Of a stretch of 64,000 nucleotides of DNA, positions 48,671 through 60,612 are shown in pieces; position 1 is the first letter of the stretch; every line of letters begins with the position of its first letter. This DNA is from Glaucostegus cemiculus. Its lineage: Eukaryota. The translations under genes and the position numbers were made by a program. The stretch is from contig CDPCPM010000023.1 of the NCBI GenBank assembly GCA_976551045.1, positions 9,734,001 to 9,798,000 of the forward strand, in the 5' to 3' direction. Below the pieces are notes generated by a model. It saw only the letters and a list, made by a program, of their open reading frames with translations. It was not told the DNA's origin and made no database searches.

Positions 48671-51600
48671 TAATGAGATGCACGCAAAGTCAAGTTAAAT
48701 CTCCTACTTGGCACTCTGAGGACAGGAAATGATTGCAATTTTGCTCTTCTATGGATTGAACCTATTTTCAACTGGATTTCTTTCAGTGCTGAGGGAAATA
48801 AATTTCTTGACCAATGTTTCTTCTGGTGACGGAGTCCAGAACAACGAGGCATAAGATTTAGAACCATGTGATGTAGCAGTAAGGTAAGAAAGCACTTCTC
48901 ACTCAATGGGTGATGGAGATATAGAGTCTGTTCCCAAAAAGGTAGTGGTTCTCAACTGAGATTGCTCAATTTTTCTAGTTATGAATTAATTATCAATGAT
49001 GACCTAATTGATTGGTAGCACAGCTCAAACCTGTCACCATGCTTTTGAATAGCTGATGTTCCCTCCTGGCTTCTTTTATTCCTCACTCTGTTTCCATCAA
49101 GCTAGAGGGCCAGCATTGGTTCAATGAAGAACCCAAAAGAGAATGCCAGGAGCAGTAGTAGGCAGACCTAAAATGGAGGTGTCAACTACAGAACAGGACT
49201 ATATGTAAAATGAACAGCAAAAGCAGATTGCAGTTGGCAGAGTTACGCAATTTCACAGCTAACAGATCAGATTTTGATCCTTATTGCAAGAGGATTTCAG
49301 TACAAAAGATGTCTCTGTAATTATAAAGGGCCCAGGAGAGACCACACTTGGCTTCCATACCTAAGACAGGATAGACTTGTGATAGAGGGAGCACAGTGAA
49401 GGTACACCAGATTGATTTCTTGGATGGCGGGCTTGCGGTATGAGAAGTTAAGCAGACTGGGTCTATACTCTGTTGAAATGTATAAAATTTGTCTGGGGCT
49501 TGAAAGGGCAGATACTCACTGATGCTTCCCCTGGCTGGAGTGCCAAGTACCAGAGATCACAATCTCAAAACAGGGAGTCAGTCATTCAGAAACAATGAGG
49601 GTAATGAACCTTTGGAACACTTAACCCAAGAATTTTGTGCAGCTTCTTTCTTTGAATATATTCAAGGCAGGAATTAATAGACTTTTGGATATTAAGGGAA
49701 TTAATTCTAATGGGTTTCTAGAATTACTGAACAAATTATATTTCAGGACGAGCATCTTCCCCTGTATAGTCATGTTGACAGCAGGCTGATAATTGTGTTA
49801 CAATCAACTATGCAAAAGTTCTAACTATGGATTTTTAGGAAATGTTAACATAATTCCTTATTCTGTGGTGAAATGCCTTTACTTGAGATTGTTGGGAGAT
49901 TACAGTAAACTTAAAGTGACAGCTGACAGGGGCTTATCCTTTCCTTTCTCTCCCCACCCCCTCCAGGAAATGAGCTGGATCCTGTGTATACAACAACCAT
50001 CAGTCCGCTGATGATCAAATGATGCATGACTTATGGTGACTGACCAAGTCACCATTCCAACACTTGCAGTACCTGTCTCAGCTGCCAACCTCTGCTGGTG
50101 ACTGACTAGGTCACCTTCCTGAACTGCAGTGCCCTAATGGCTAAATGTTCTTCCTTTAAAAGATGTAACTCTGCTGTCCAGAAGCAATTGTAATTTCAGC
50201 TTCCCCTTGACCTAAGTTTTTAACACTGCCTCTCTTCAACTGGCCTGAGCAAACAGTACTTCAGCTCTCCACCCTCTCCAATCTTGGTATCAGTGTCAGC
50301 TATTTGAAACAATCTTTAACACTACAAAATAATAATTTTGAACTGTATTCAGGTTGGTCAAATGCAACTCCTATAAGTTTCTGTAGGTTACTGTCCGTCA
50401 ATAAAGTTTCAGGTGAAAAAAGTAGTAAGTGGACTTGCATACGTGCATGTCAGCTGGGGGAGAAAAATATCTTTAAAACTTTCCAGCACCTGTTCTCTAA
50501 TGTTGAACCTGTATGAGAAAAGATAACTCCTGCATGTTAGCATTTCTAAACTTTTATGAGAGAACTCAGGGATAAGGAGCCTACTTTACAACAGTATTGT
50601 GAATATTATAGCTCTGCACAATCAAATGAAAAGGAGGGGATCAGGTAAGTGTCTTCCTCTCTTTGTTCTCACAGCTTGTACAATTAGATATTTCACAGAG
50701 CCTTGGTTCTCTCAGAGTGTTCTGGGATATTGCACTTTCGGCCAATTACTGGACTTGTAGAGTCTCTTATTGTACAGCTCCTGCACAGCCTCCTCGCCCT
50801 GTTGACGGACATACAGTTAGCCATTCCTCCTTCAGATAAAGCTGCAACTTCCATTGAACACTGTGTTATTTTCTGAAACTTAAGAAAATTATTTCTGGAT
50901 CCTAGCTTAATTCTGGGATGGACTTCAGAATAATGTGGCAATGTGATAAGGCAGAATAAATTTCAGAAGAGTAACTTTTCCTTTCATTATTCTCATTCTA
51001 GTGCAGGAGGAGATGTACCTCAGTTCCGGGATTGGGTAGACGCACTGCAAGCCCCTGGAAGGAACTGGCTGAGAGGGAGGCTGGGAGCTTACGAGTAAGT
51101 GAGAAGGATGACAAAGGCCCTCAGAGTCTCTCAGAGGAAGCCCCGTGATCTCAGGAATGACCTCAGGAGTGGCTGAGAGAGAGAGAGGATAGAGAGCCAA
51201 CAAGTTACTAAAAAGGAGGTTGGAGACTCCAGGAGTTGGAGTGCTGGTAGCCTTCTGAAACATGGAGTCAACCTTTTGCATGATTCAGCCCACCGCATTG
51301 AGGTCTGATGTTGCAGAAACCACAATTTCCACAACATGACAATTTAGGTAGGTTTCATTGAAAGTATTTGCAGTAATCATATCCCAGTTGTTAATCTCAA
51401 TACCGCTGTCTGCATATATGAGCAGTACTCAATACACTGCAAGATTAGAAGCTGCCAATAGTAGAACGTGGGCATAAAACAGACTGAAACCACCCGCAAG
51501 AAGTTAATGGAAACTATCATATGAATAATGAATGCTGTGCGTAATTACATTGCTATGGTTTTGTTCTGGAGGCTCAAGTGACACAAGCTTTCATTTCTGA

Positions 51601-53029
51601 AGTTTAGCCTGTTACCTATAATTGTTTCCATCACCATCATTGAGAAGTACAGCGAGTCAATAAGGCCAGGTTGTGGATTTTAAGTGCAGACAGTAGAATG
51701 ACCCAAAGGGGGTGTATCTGCAGTAAAGCCATTATTTTGCTCTCTGATCATTTTGTCCTTTCATTTTTGATTGAGCTTCAGGGACGAGAATAGGAAATTT
51801 ATTACTCCTGTGAAATTTATTCCATCTAAGTCTCTTCGACATGTCTTATTGCTGGTATTCTTTGAGAGGACAGTTCCTTAGCAACTCTTGTCTTCATACC
51901 AGACAGCTCCTGAACTCCTACTGCAGTTACATAAACTGTTTTTACAGATCAGATTCTCAATGATTCCATGTGCCCTGAAAGTGTTGTAGCTCACTTTTGA
52001 TGCTCTGACATCACCCAAAGGTGATGGCATTGATCCCAGTTCACACTCGCCCCAGTCCACACTGAATCAAGTCTACACTGATTCCACTCCACACTGATCC
52101 CACTCTACCTGGTGTCACACAGCCTTGATCTAATGTATGTCCTATGTTGTAGTATTTTCCTCTTCTTTGCTTCTGATTCAAACCTTTACTCCTTTGTTAC
52201 TGGAGTCATTGCCTGCTTGCTGGATCACACTTTGGCCATCTGGACCTGTACCCTTTCACAAAGCTTAAGCCTGGTTGGGAGGTTGCGCAAGGAGTTTGGA
52301 AAGGAGCACAGACTTCTCCTGCCACAACGTCCACAAATCTCCTTGTACATTGGAGAGTGATGAAAAGTGGACCAAAAAAAGTGGCCAGTTTATGAAGTAT
52401 TCCTTGGGGCAGCTGAAGTTGAGGTCAATCAGCCAAGGTCTTGGCACTGGTGCCCTTTTAGAAGTTTGAACAACTCACTTTGCTTTCTGTGCACCCCTGG
52501 GACAGCATCCCTTTGTAATTGTGAATGAAGTCCAGTGTCTCTGCATCAGCCCCATCCCAAAAGACGTACACTTCATGATCAAATTTTGGTAGAATAATTA
52601 GAATGACCTGTAAAGAAAATAGGAAAAGTCTAATAATCCCACTGCTCCTTTGCCAAGGAACGTTCTCCTGGGAACAGGCTTCCAATAAACTGCAGAAAGG
52701 ACATACAATGTGCTGACCAGTTTAATTCATCAGTAACAGGAAATATGAGAAGAAATGTGTATTTTAAAACAAAACCAATTTGAATTCTCTTTCACCTCAG
52801 TGTTTTAAATTGGGGCATTCATGTTATCTGATGGGGCAGTACCTGCTCAAAGCTCCAAGAAGCAGTACTACAGAGCAGCTCCTCTTCACATTGTGAGTGA
52901 GTTTCAGCACAGCCCAGCCCTCCACTCACATAGGTTTGCCAATTGAGGAGATCTCACTCATGCTTCCAAACACCCCACAAGCCTCACATTTTTTTCTACA
53001 GGGCAGAGTAGAACCAGCTCAGTAACAAG

Positions 53030-54395
53030 CAATTTTTTATTTGCTCATGAGTAATGAGGAATGATTAATAAGAGATCTTGTGGTTAAAGATTCCCTAGGA
53101 GGCAGTGACCACAATATTATGGAATTCCAGATGCAGTTTGAGGGTGAACACTGCAGGACCAAAACCACTGTCTTCAACTGAAATAAGGGCAATTATAATG
53201 GTATGAAGGTGGGGTCGTCAAAGGTGGATGAGGAAACTAAACTAACAAACAAGTCAGTAGATGAACAATAGCAGATATTCAACAGCTGGTCTCCAATGTG
53301 CAGCAGGAATTTGTCCCAATTAGAAAGAGGGATTCCATGAGAAGGAGTCACAGTTTGTGGTTAACAAAGGATGACAAGGATAATGTTGAATTGAAATAAA
53401 GGGTATACAAGGTGACAAGGGCTAGTAGAAGGCTAGAGGATTGAAAAGTTTTTGGATCCAGCAGAAAATTATTAAAAAGCCTGTAAGAGGGAAGAAAATT
53501 GATTTTTAGAGAAAACTTACAATGTAATATAAAAACAAACAGTAAGAATTTCTGTGGATATATAAACAGGAAGAAGAAAGCTAAAATAGGTAGGAACCTC
53601 TAGAGAACAAGGCTGGTGAATTAGTAACAGGAAACAAAGAAATGGCAGATATATTCAATCAATTTTTTGCATTGGTCTTCAGCACAGAGGACACTACAAA
53701 TAGCCTTAAGATAACAGGTAAAAACCTCAGTCACAAAGGATAAAGAGAAACTCATGAGGCTAAACGCAGACAAACTGCCAGGGTCTGATGGCTTGTACCC
53801 AGGGGTTTCAAAGGAAGTGGCTAAAGAGATAGTGGACCCATTGATAGAAAACCTTCAGAGCTTGCTAAATTCAGGGAGGGTACCAGAAGATGAGAAAACA
53901 GCTAAGTAACTCCCTTGTTTTAAAAGATAGAAGGCAGGGAACCGTAGGCTTGTTAGTTCAACATCGATTGTTGGCAAGATGCTAGAATCAATAATCAAAG
54001 AAGAAATTTAGGAAAGATGAAGATAATCAAACCTAGTCAATGTGGTTTTAGGAAAGGTAAATCATATTTGACAAAAATGCCCAAATTCTTTGAAGATGTG
54101 GCAGGGAGAGTTGATAGAGGGGAACCTGAAGATGTAGTGTATTTAGATTTCCAAAAGGGATTTGGCAAGGTGCCACATAAGAGGCTGGTGCATAAGTTAA
54201 GAGCCCAAGATATTGGATGAAGTGTGTTATAATGGTTTGAAAACTAGATGTCACATAGAAAACAGACAGTTGGAATAGATGGGCCGTTTTCAAGCTGGAG
54301 GGATGTAACTGACAGAGTACCCCAAGGATTGGCTCTCGACTCTCAGTTGTTTAATATTTATATTAACGACTCGGAGGAAGGAATGAAATGTAAGG
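53030..54395 (+). mobile_element. Old CR1 ORF2 fragment (endonuclease end to RT) with many stops
   Basis: PLGGSDH; SQCGFRKGKSYLT..VDRGEPEDVVYLDFQKGFGKVPHKRL. Confidence 0.85.
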
Positions 54396-54459
54396 TTTCA
54401 TTCCTTCCATGAGTGATAAACCTCATGACGCGTGTCAGTGATAATAAATCTGATTCTGA

Positions 54460-54760
54460 TTCAGAGTACGAGGGATCATGGACAACTTCTATCCCACTGT
54501 TATAAGTCTATAGAATGGTTTCCTTGTACAATGAGATGGACTCTTGACCTCACAATCTACCTTATTGTGACCTTGCACCTTATTGTCTGCCTGAACTGCA
54601 CTTTCTCTGTACTGTAACACTTTATTCTGCATTCTGTTATTGTTTTTACCTTGTACTACCTCAATGCACTGTTGACATGAATTAATCTATATGAACGGTA
54701 TGCAAGACAAACTTTTCACTGTACCTCAGTACATGTGACAATGATAAATCAATTTACCAA
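54460..54760 (+). mobile_element. Rex1-type LINE 3' end and UTR (related copies ~950-1150 +, 56740-56962 -, 63672-63790 -)
   Basis: C-terminal FYPTVISL followed by a UTR ending TTTTCACTGTACCTCAGTACATGTGACAATGATAAA, shared among the copies. Confidence 0.75.
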
Positions 54761-54974
54761 CACATCATGGCAGCTGGGGCAGGGAAGATATGTAATGAAC
54801 ACCAGATAGAAACAGCCTTTGACCAAGTTTCCTGACATCAGGCTTCCTTGCCCAATTTCTGTGTTGATAAAGCCATGACAATGACAAGGATTGTCCCAAT
54901 CTCAGCCTCTCAGTGCAGAGTTCTGCTTTCTTCAGAAGAGCAAATGATTCTCCCTGTCTACCACTATTGTTCCA

Positions 54975-55130
54975 GTTTATTCTCAGGGGTAAACTGCAAT
55001 GATGGTCCAGTCTGGAGTTTCCATTCATTCTCAAGGATAACTCATATCCACTATCAAGCTGTGTAGAACTCCCATTCATTCACAAGGATAAACAATACTC
55101 ACCCAAAGTATGGAATTCCCATTGATTCAG
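54975..55130. repeat. Degenerate ~47-50 bp tandem repeat
   Basis: CCATTCATTCWCAAGGATAA recurs at ~55021 and ~55072, with partial copies on both sides. Confidence 0.6.
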
Positions 55131-57419
55131 CTTGATTTCTGATATAAGATCTATGTTCTATGATCGGAGAAGACGGGTTAGGGATTTGCATTCTGGAACT
55201 GTGGGATTCTAAATATCAGATAAACCCTGGGCCTCTTCTTTCAGGAAAGAAAATTGTCTGGTGAAGGGTTTAACTGATAGCTGCTTTTTGATTCTTTTCA
55301 TGATACTAATTAAAACCAGACAAATAATATTGCCTTCAGAGACAGTTGCACTCTGTCTACTGCTTCATACTCTAACTACCTTCCGTGTCAGTTAATGATG
55401 ATCTGGTTTTATCATTGGATATTTTCCTTCTGCTGCTCAAAGAGTTCAAAGAACCGACAGATGCCTTTGGGCTTGTGCACAACATGAACAGGAAACTTGT
55501 CAGCTCCAGGCTGCATCAATGCTGCTCCTGGCGTCACTCCCAATGAAGCCTATAGTTGTGGGAAAATGCCAGTTGGGAATCATCATCATTCCCAACAGCT
55601 GGTCCAGAACTGTTTCAAATCCCATTGGAATGCAGCATAGTTATGGGTCAGTTAGTGTTCTGGACTTCAGATGTTGTTGAAGCAAAGGGTGTACCAGAAA
55701 CACCAACGGCCTAGAAATTCGTCTACGCAGCTCCCAGAAACAGCTGTTGTGTGGATGAAAGTCCTGTTAATTTGACACACAATGCTAAGTGAGTTTATGT
55801 CAGTATTAATAATGTGAAGACTTTTTGGTGGGAGTTAATGAGGCATAGACTTTTTGGTGGGAGATTCTGTGTATCCTCACATTTTTTTTGTGGTATCCAG
55901 CTTGCCAAATGATGCTCGCAGTCGAGCAAGACCAAAACTTAGTTTCTGCCGAGATTTCAGGCAACGGTTCTGAAAGCTGTTCTCTTGCGGGAGATAATGA
56001 AACCCATTTAAAAGGCCAGGCATTTCTCTCCCGCCGATATAGGCAGAGCGCTGCGCACCTCTCTGCCAAACGAACCTCAAGCAGGCTGGCCCAAACTGGG
56101 ATCCCAATCGCCAAACCCTCAGGTGGTTTCAGAAGTATCATGCAGCCAGAAAAAATCCTACAAAAGGAGAAGTGGTTCCATATCCATCATATCAGGAGAG
56201 GAACAGAGAGATACAGGATGGAAACAGGCCCTTCTGCCCATCGAGTTCACACTGACTATCAACTATTTACATTAATCCTCAACATCTTGACTTTTATTCT
56301 CACATTCTTGTTGATTCTTGCTAGTTTCTACCACTCACCCACACAGAAAGGACAATTTACGGTGGCCAACTAACCTACAAACTGTGAGATGTAGGAGGAA
56401 ACCAGAGCAACCGGAGGAATCCCATACAGTTGCAAGGAGAATGTGCAAACAGGCTCCACACAGGCAAGACCCGAGATCAGGATTGAACTTGGGTCTCTGG
56501 TGCTGTGAGGCAGCAGCTCTACTGGCTGCGCAATCGTAATGAGAAATGAGTAAAACGCTGGAGAAAGACAGATGAAGAGTTTTGATCCAATATATCGACT
56601 GTCCATTTCCCCCCACAGACGCTGCCTGACCTGCTGAGTTCCTCCAGCAGCTTGTTTGTTGCTCCTTGAACCTTTTGTACAGACATGCCAACATGTGATG
56701 CTTGCTGCCTTGCAGAGATCAAGAACAGCCCCTATTTTTGGTATTGGTATCGGTTTATTATTGTCACTTGTACCGAGGTACAGTGAAAAACTTGTCTTAC
56801 AAACTGATTGTGCAGGTCAATTCTTTACACAGTGCAGTTACATTGAGTTAGTATGGAGTGCACTGATGTAGTAGAGGAAAAACAATAACTGTACAGAGTA
56901 AAATGTCACAGCTACAGAGAAAATGCAGTGCAGTAAGGTGCAAGGTCACAACAAGGTAGATCGTTTTGATAATTTTGATAAACGTGACTTGTGTATTTGC
57001 ATTAGGAAGGACCTTTGGCTGATATGTAAGGATCCTATGTGTACTCAAGTCCTTACAGAAACTTTCCTGGAAACGTCCTGCACGAGAAAGTTTCCTTTTG
57101 AGCAGAATGTGCTTCTTTACCCCCACTGGATGACTCAGTCAATCCATTCCTATTGTAATGCACATTCATTCCTTGCTAATGTTTCCCAGTAGATAAACGA
57201 TCTCTGCACTATGGCTCCTTTTTGTTATCAAAGCTGTGACAAAATCTATTGATGTGAGGAGTTCAACAATTAACACTTGTTATTTTTGAAATGGAGTAAT
57301 GCTACATGAAGGAACCCACTAACGATTAATTCTGTGTCTATTTTAGAGGTTTTTGAAACAATATTATGATATTGTTAATGATGCTTTGACACTGGAAAAA
57401 TGTCAAAGGTGACATTCTA

Positions 57420-57745
57420 CATCCATATCTTTAATGTAGTGAAGTATCCCATTTCACAGGACTACAAAGCAAACTTGACTCTAAGCCACATAAGCAGATG
57501 ACCAAGAGCTTGGCCAAAGAATTGAGTATTAAGGATCATCTGAAGGAGAAGGAGGTGGGGAAGTGTCAAGGTTAAGGAGCATATTCCTGAGCTTTGGGCC
57601 CGGGCTAAGGCTGCCAGTGGCGAACCACAGGAACAGAGGATGGATGCATGAGCAAAGCTGCAGGAAAGTTGAGCTCTTGAAGTAGGCAGGGAGCAGTTTA
57701 TAGAGTTCAAGAAGGGCAAAGGCATGGAAGGATTTAAATACAAGG
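57420..57745 (-). mobile_element. Old L2-like LINE 3' fragment (related ~61790-61990; another L2-like piece ~2330-2800)
   Basis: Mutual similarity of 57430-57600 and 61795-61950; composition typical of decayed L2 ends. Confidence 0.4.
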
Positions 57746-58787
57746 GTATTGAAAAGGAAAAATATATAAGGGTGTAAGGAACTAGAATTACAACAACTTA
57801 AAGATTACATCAACATAGATATGATGAGACAAGTAACTGCTTGTGTTATGAATTTAATGATTTTAAGTTCCTCAATGTAATATTCTCCACAAATCATTCT
57901 ACTGTTAACTGCAGACAAATTCATATCTAATCCAAATATGGAAATCTTATCTTCTTAAACCATAGCCCATCACTGCTATTGAATAGGGTTTCAAAGGACC
58001 AAATCTATTATATATCAAATCTATTACTGTGTTAGATAACTCAAGTTAACAGAGGTCTTCTGGTAGCCACCCACACACATTTCAAACTCTTGTCCAATAA
58101 ACCAGCCACTGTGACACTACTGTTCAAAGAACCCTGCTCAAACAGTCTTTGTAGAAAATCCTTCAGTGGCTAAAGTCATCGCTGCCACAAAGGAAGGATT
58201 ATTCACTTCTCTGCTTCCCCTTTCTCCCTGCTGCTCTGGCATACACAAAGTGCACATAAACAAGAGGTAAGCTCAGGTAAAGACAATGACGACAGTTGTT
58301 TATGATCAAGGAGTCATATGACACACTCCCAACTCTCACTGTTCCTATCATCTTCCAGGGATATCTGCTGTTAAGGAGTGTGGGCCCGGAGATGTGGGGA
58401 CCACCACTTGTGGCAGTTCTGTGCAGAGGTGTCCTCTTGTACACATTCAGCGGTAAATCAGCCCCTTGCATTTCAGTCTCAGGAAGTGACAGGACTGGCT
58501 TCTTTTACAACTGCAGCTCTTCGATTACCCTTGTTGCTGTGTTGGCATTGCAGCGAAGGGTAACAGGAAATTTAGGATGTGAGGCCTCTCTCCCTGAATG
58601 AAGCATTTTTTTTCTCCTGGATTTCACTTCTCCCCCTGCCACCATCCCCCACCCCTCCTCACCCAGAGAAAATGGTGGGATCAGGATCCTGCCCCCCTGA
58701 TCGACTCATGTTACCCCCACCTCCCGCGGTTGTTGAAGGTGGAGATTTTTTCTTATTATTCATTTTCTTTTGAGATTGAGTATTACT

Positions 58788-59117
58788 AGGCGGCCAGTAT
58801 TTACTGTCCATCCCTTGAAATGAGTGGTTTGCCAGGCCATTTCAGAGGGTCAACCACACATTGATGGGTGTGGAGACCAGACTAGATAAGACTAGCTAAC
58901 ATAGGCCAGACTAGGTAAGGATGGCAGGTTTTCTCCCCTTAAGGATATTAGTAACCAGATGGGTTTTTACACCCATCTGGTAGCTTTGCATTTTTTTAAA
59001 ATTCCAGATTATTAACTGAACACCGGCTGTGTTAGGATTTGAAGTCAAAACCCTGAATTGTTAGACCAGGTCACAGGATTACTGGTCCACTAACTTAGCC
59101 ACTGCACCACCGTACCC
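58788..59117 (-). mobile_element. tRNA-derived SINE of a third family
   Basis: Reverse-complement homologue of 59403-59690 (AAAAACCCATCTGGTT..CCTGCCATCCTTACC..TGTGGTTGACCCT..AAATGGCCT). Confidence 0.7.
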
Positions 59118-59402
59118 TGGTGAGAACAATAGCCCTGACCAGGATTTCCATCCCTCTGGGATTTTGCTGGAGCATCCAGGACTGAAGATTAACCTTGAAG
59201 ACAATGCCAGACGTAACATAGGAGGAATGAACTTTAATGGGCCATTCACAGAAATTGTGCTTTATTATTTTTTATGCATATTAGTTATAATATTGGTGAT
59301 GGACAGGTGATTTGCCATCCCATCAGGTAATAAAGGGCTTTACAAATGGGGTCGGAAGGAAGGTGAACTCTTCAGGCCGTTTTGTTTGATTTTGTTTGCT
59401 TT

Positions 59403-59690
59403 GATAGTGGTGTGGTGGTTATATTACCAGTGGTGGTTAAATTATCGGCGAAGTCATCCAGGGATCTGAGTTCTAATCTCATCGTGGCAACTATGGAATT
59501 TAAATTGAGTTAATGATCTGGGAAAATAACTAGTTAGTGGTAATGAAGTTGTTGTGAACACCCAGCTGGTTCACTGATTGCCTCCAGGGAGAAAAACCTG
59601 CCATCCTAACCTGATCTGGCTGTTATGTAATAATGTGTGGTTGACCCTGTAAAATGGCCTAGCAAAGCACACACAGTGTGAGGGATGGGC
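59403..59690 (+). mobile_element. tRNA-derived SINE of a third family
   Basis: A-box-like AGTGGTGTGGTGG, B-box-like GAGTTCTAATCTC; core shared with 58788-59117; AGGGATGGGC tail. Confidence 0.7.
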
Positions 59691-59724
59691 ACGTGTAGTA
59701 ACTGCTTGGGTTTTCACAAGGACT

Positions 59725-60612
59725 CATGAAAATAGGAGCAGGAGTGGGCTACTCTGCCTCTCAAGCCCTGCCATTCAATATGATCATGGTTGATCTATGT
59801 TGGTCTCAACTCCTCTTCTGTGCCAGTTCCCCAAAGCCCTCAATTCCTTGATCTTTCAAATACTTATATATCTCCACCTTAAATATATCTATGATCCAGT
59901 CCCCACCACCCTCAGGGCCAGAGAATTCCAGAGGTTCATTACCCTCTGAGAGAAGTTTCTACACACCTCAGTTTTAAGTGATCGATCCCTTATCTTGTGG
60001 TTATGTGCCCCTGTTCATGACTTCCCCACTAGTGATAACGTCTCAACATCTACCCTGTCAAGCCCCCTTCGGATCTTACACGTTTTAATAAGGTGACACT
60101 TCAATGCTTCTAAACTCCCAGGAATACAGACACAGACTATCCAGCCTTTCATCTCAGGAATTAGCCTGGTGAATCTCCTTTGGGCTGTATCCAGTGTTAC
60201 TACATCCTTTTTTTTAGGTAAGGGGACCAAAACTGTGCAGTATTCCAGGTGTGGCCTCGCCAACACCCTGTGCAACTGTAACAGTATCTTCCTGTTCTTA
60301 AACTCCAACCCCTTGGCAATAAAGGCCAACATCCCATTTGCCTTCTTAACTACTTGTTGGACCTGCCTGCTAATTTTTTGCGATTCATGCACCAGAACAC
60401 CTAGATCCTCTGAACTTGTCTCATTTGCAGTCTCCAGTTAGATAATAAACTGCCTTTTGATTCCTCTTACAAAGCACATGACCTCACACTTTCCTACATT
60501 AAACTTCATTTGCTAGGTATTCACTCAGTCACTCAGTCTTTCTCTACCCTATTGCAGAATCACAATGTCCTCATCACAACATGCCCTTCCACCTATTTTC
60601 GTATCATTGGCA
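59725..60612 (-). mobile_element. CR1 3' fragment
   Basis: ORF VKKANGMLAFIAKGLEFK..ARPHLEYC. Confidence 0.85.

Noticed and set aside
50642-50674. Consensus donor CAG|GTAAGT followed by a pyrimidine tract and CAG
   Set aside because: The implied 30-nt intron is too short for the vertebrate spliceosome, and there are no supportable flanking exons.
56570-56602. Further hammerhead-like remnants in Penelope terminal repeats (also ~8605-8640)
   Set aside because: Catalytic core (CUGANGA/GAAA) is mutated beyond function.
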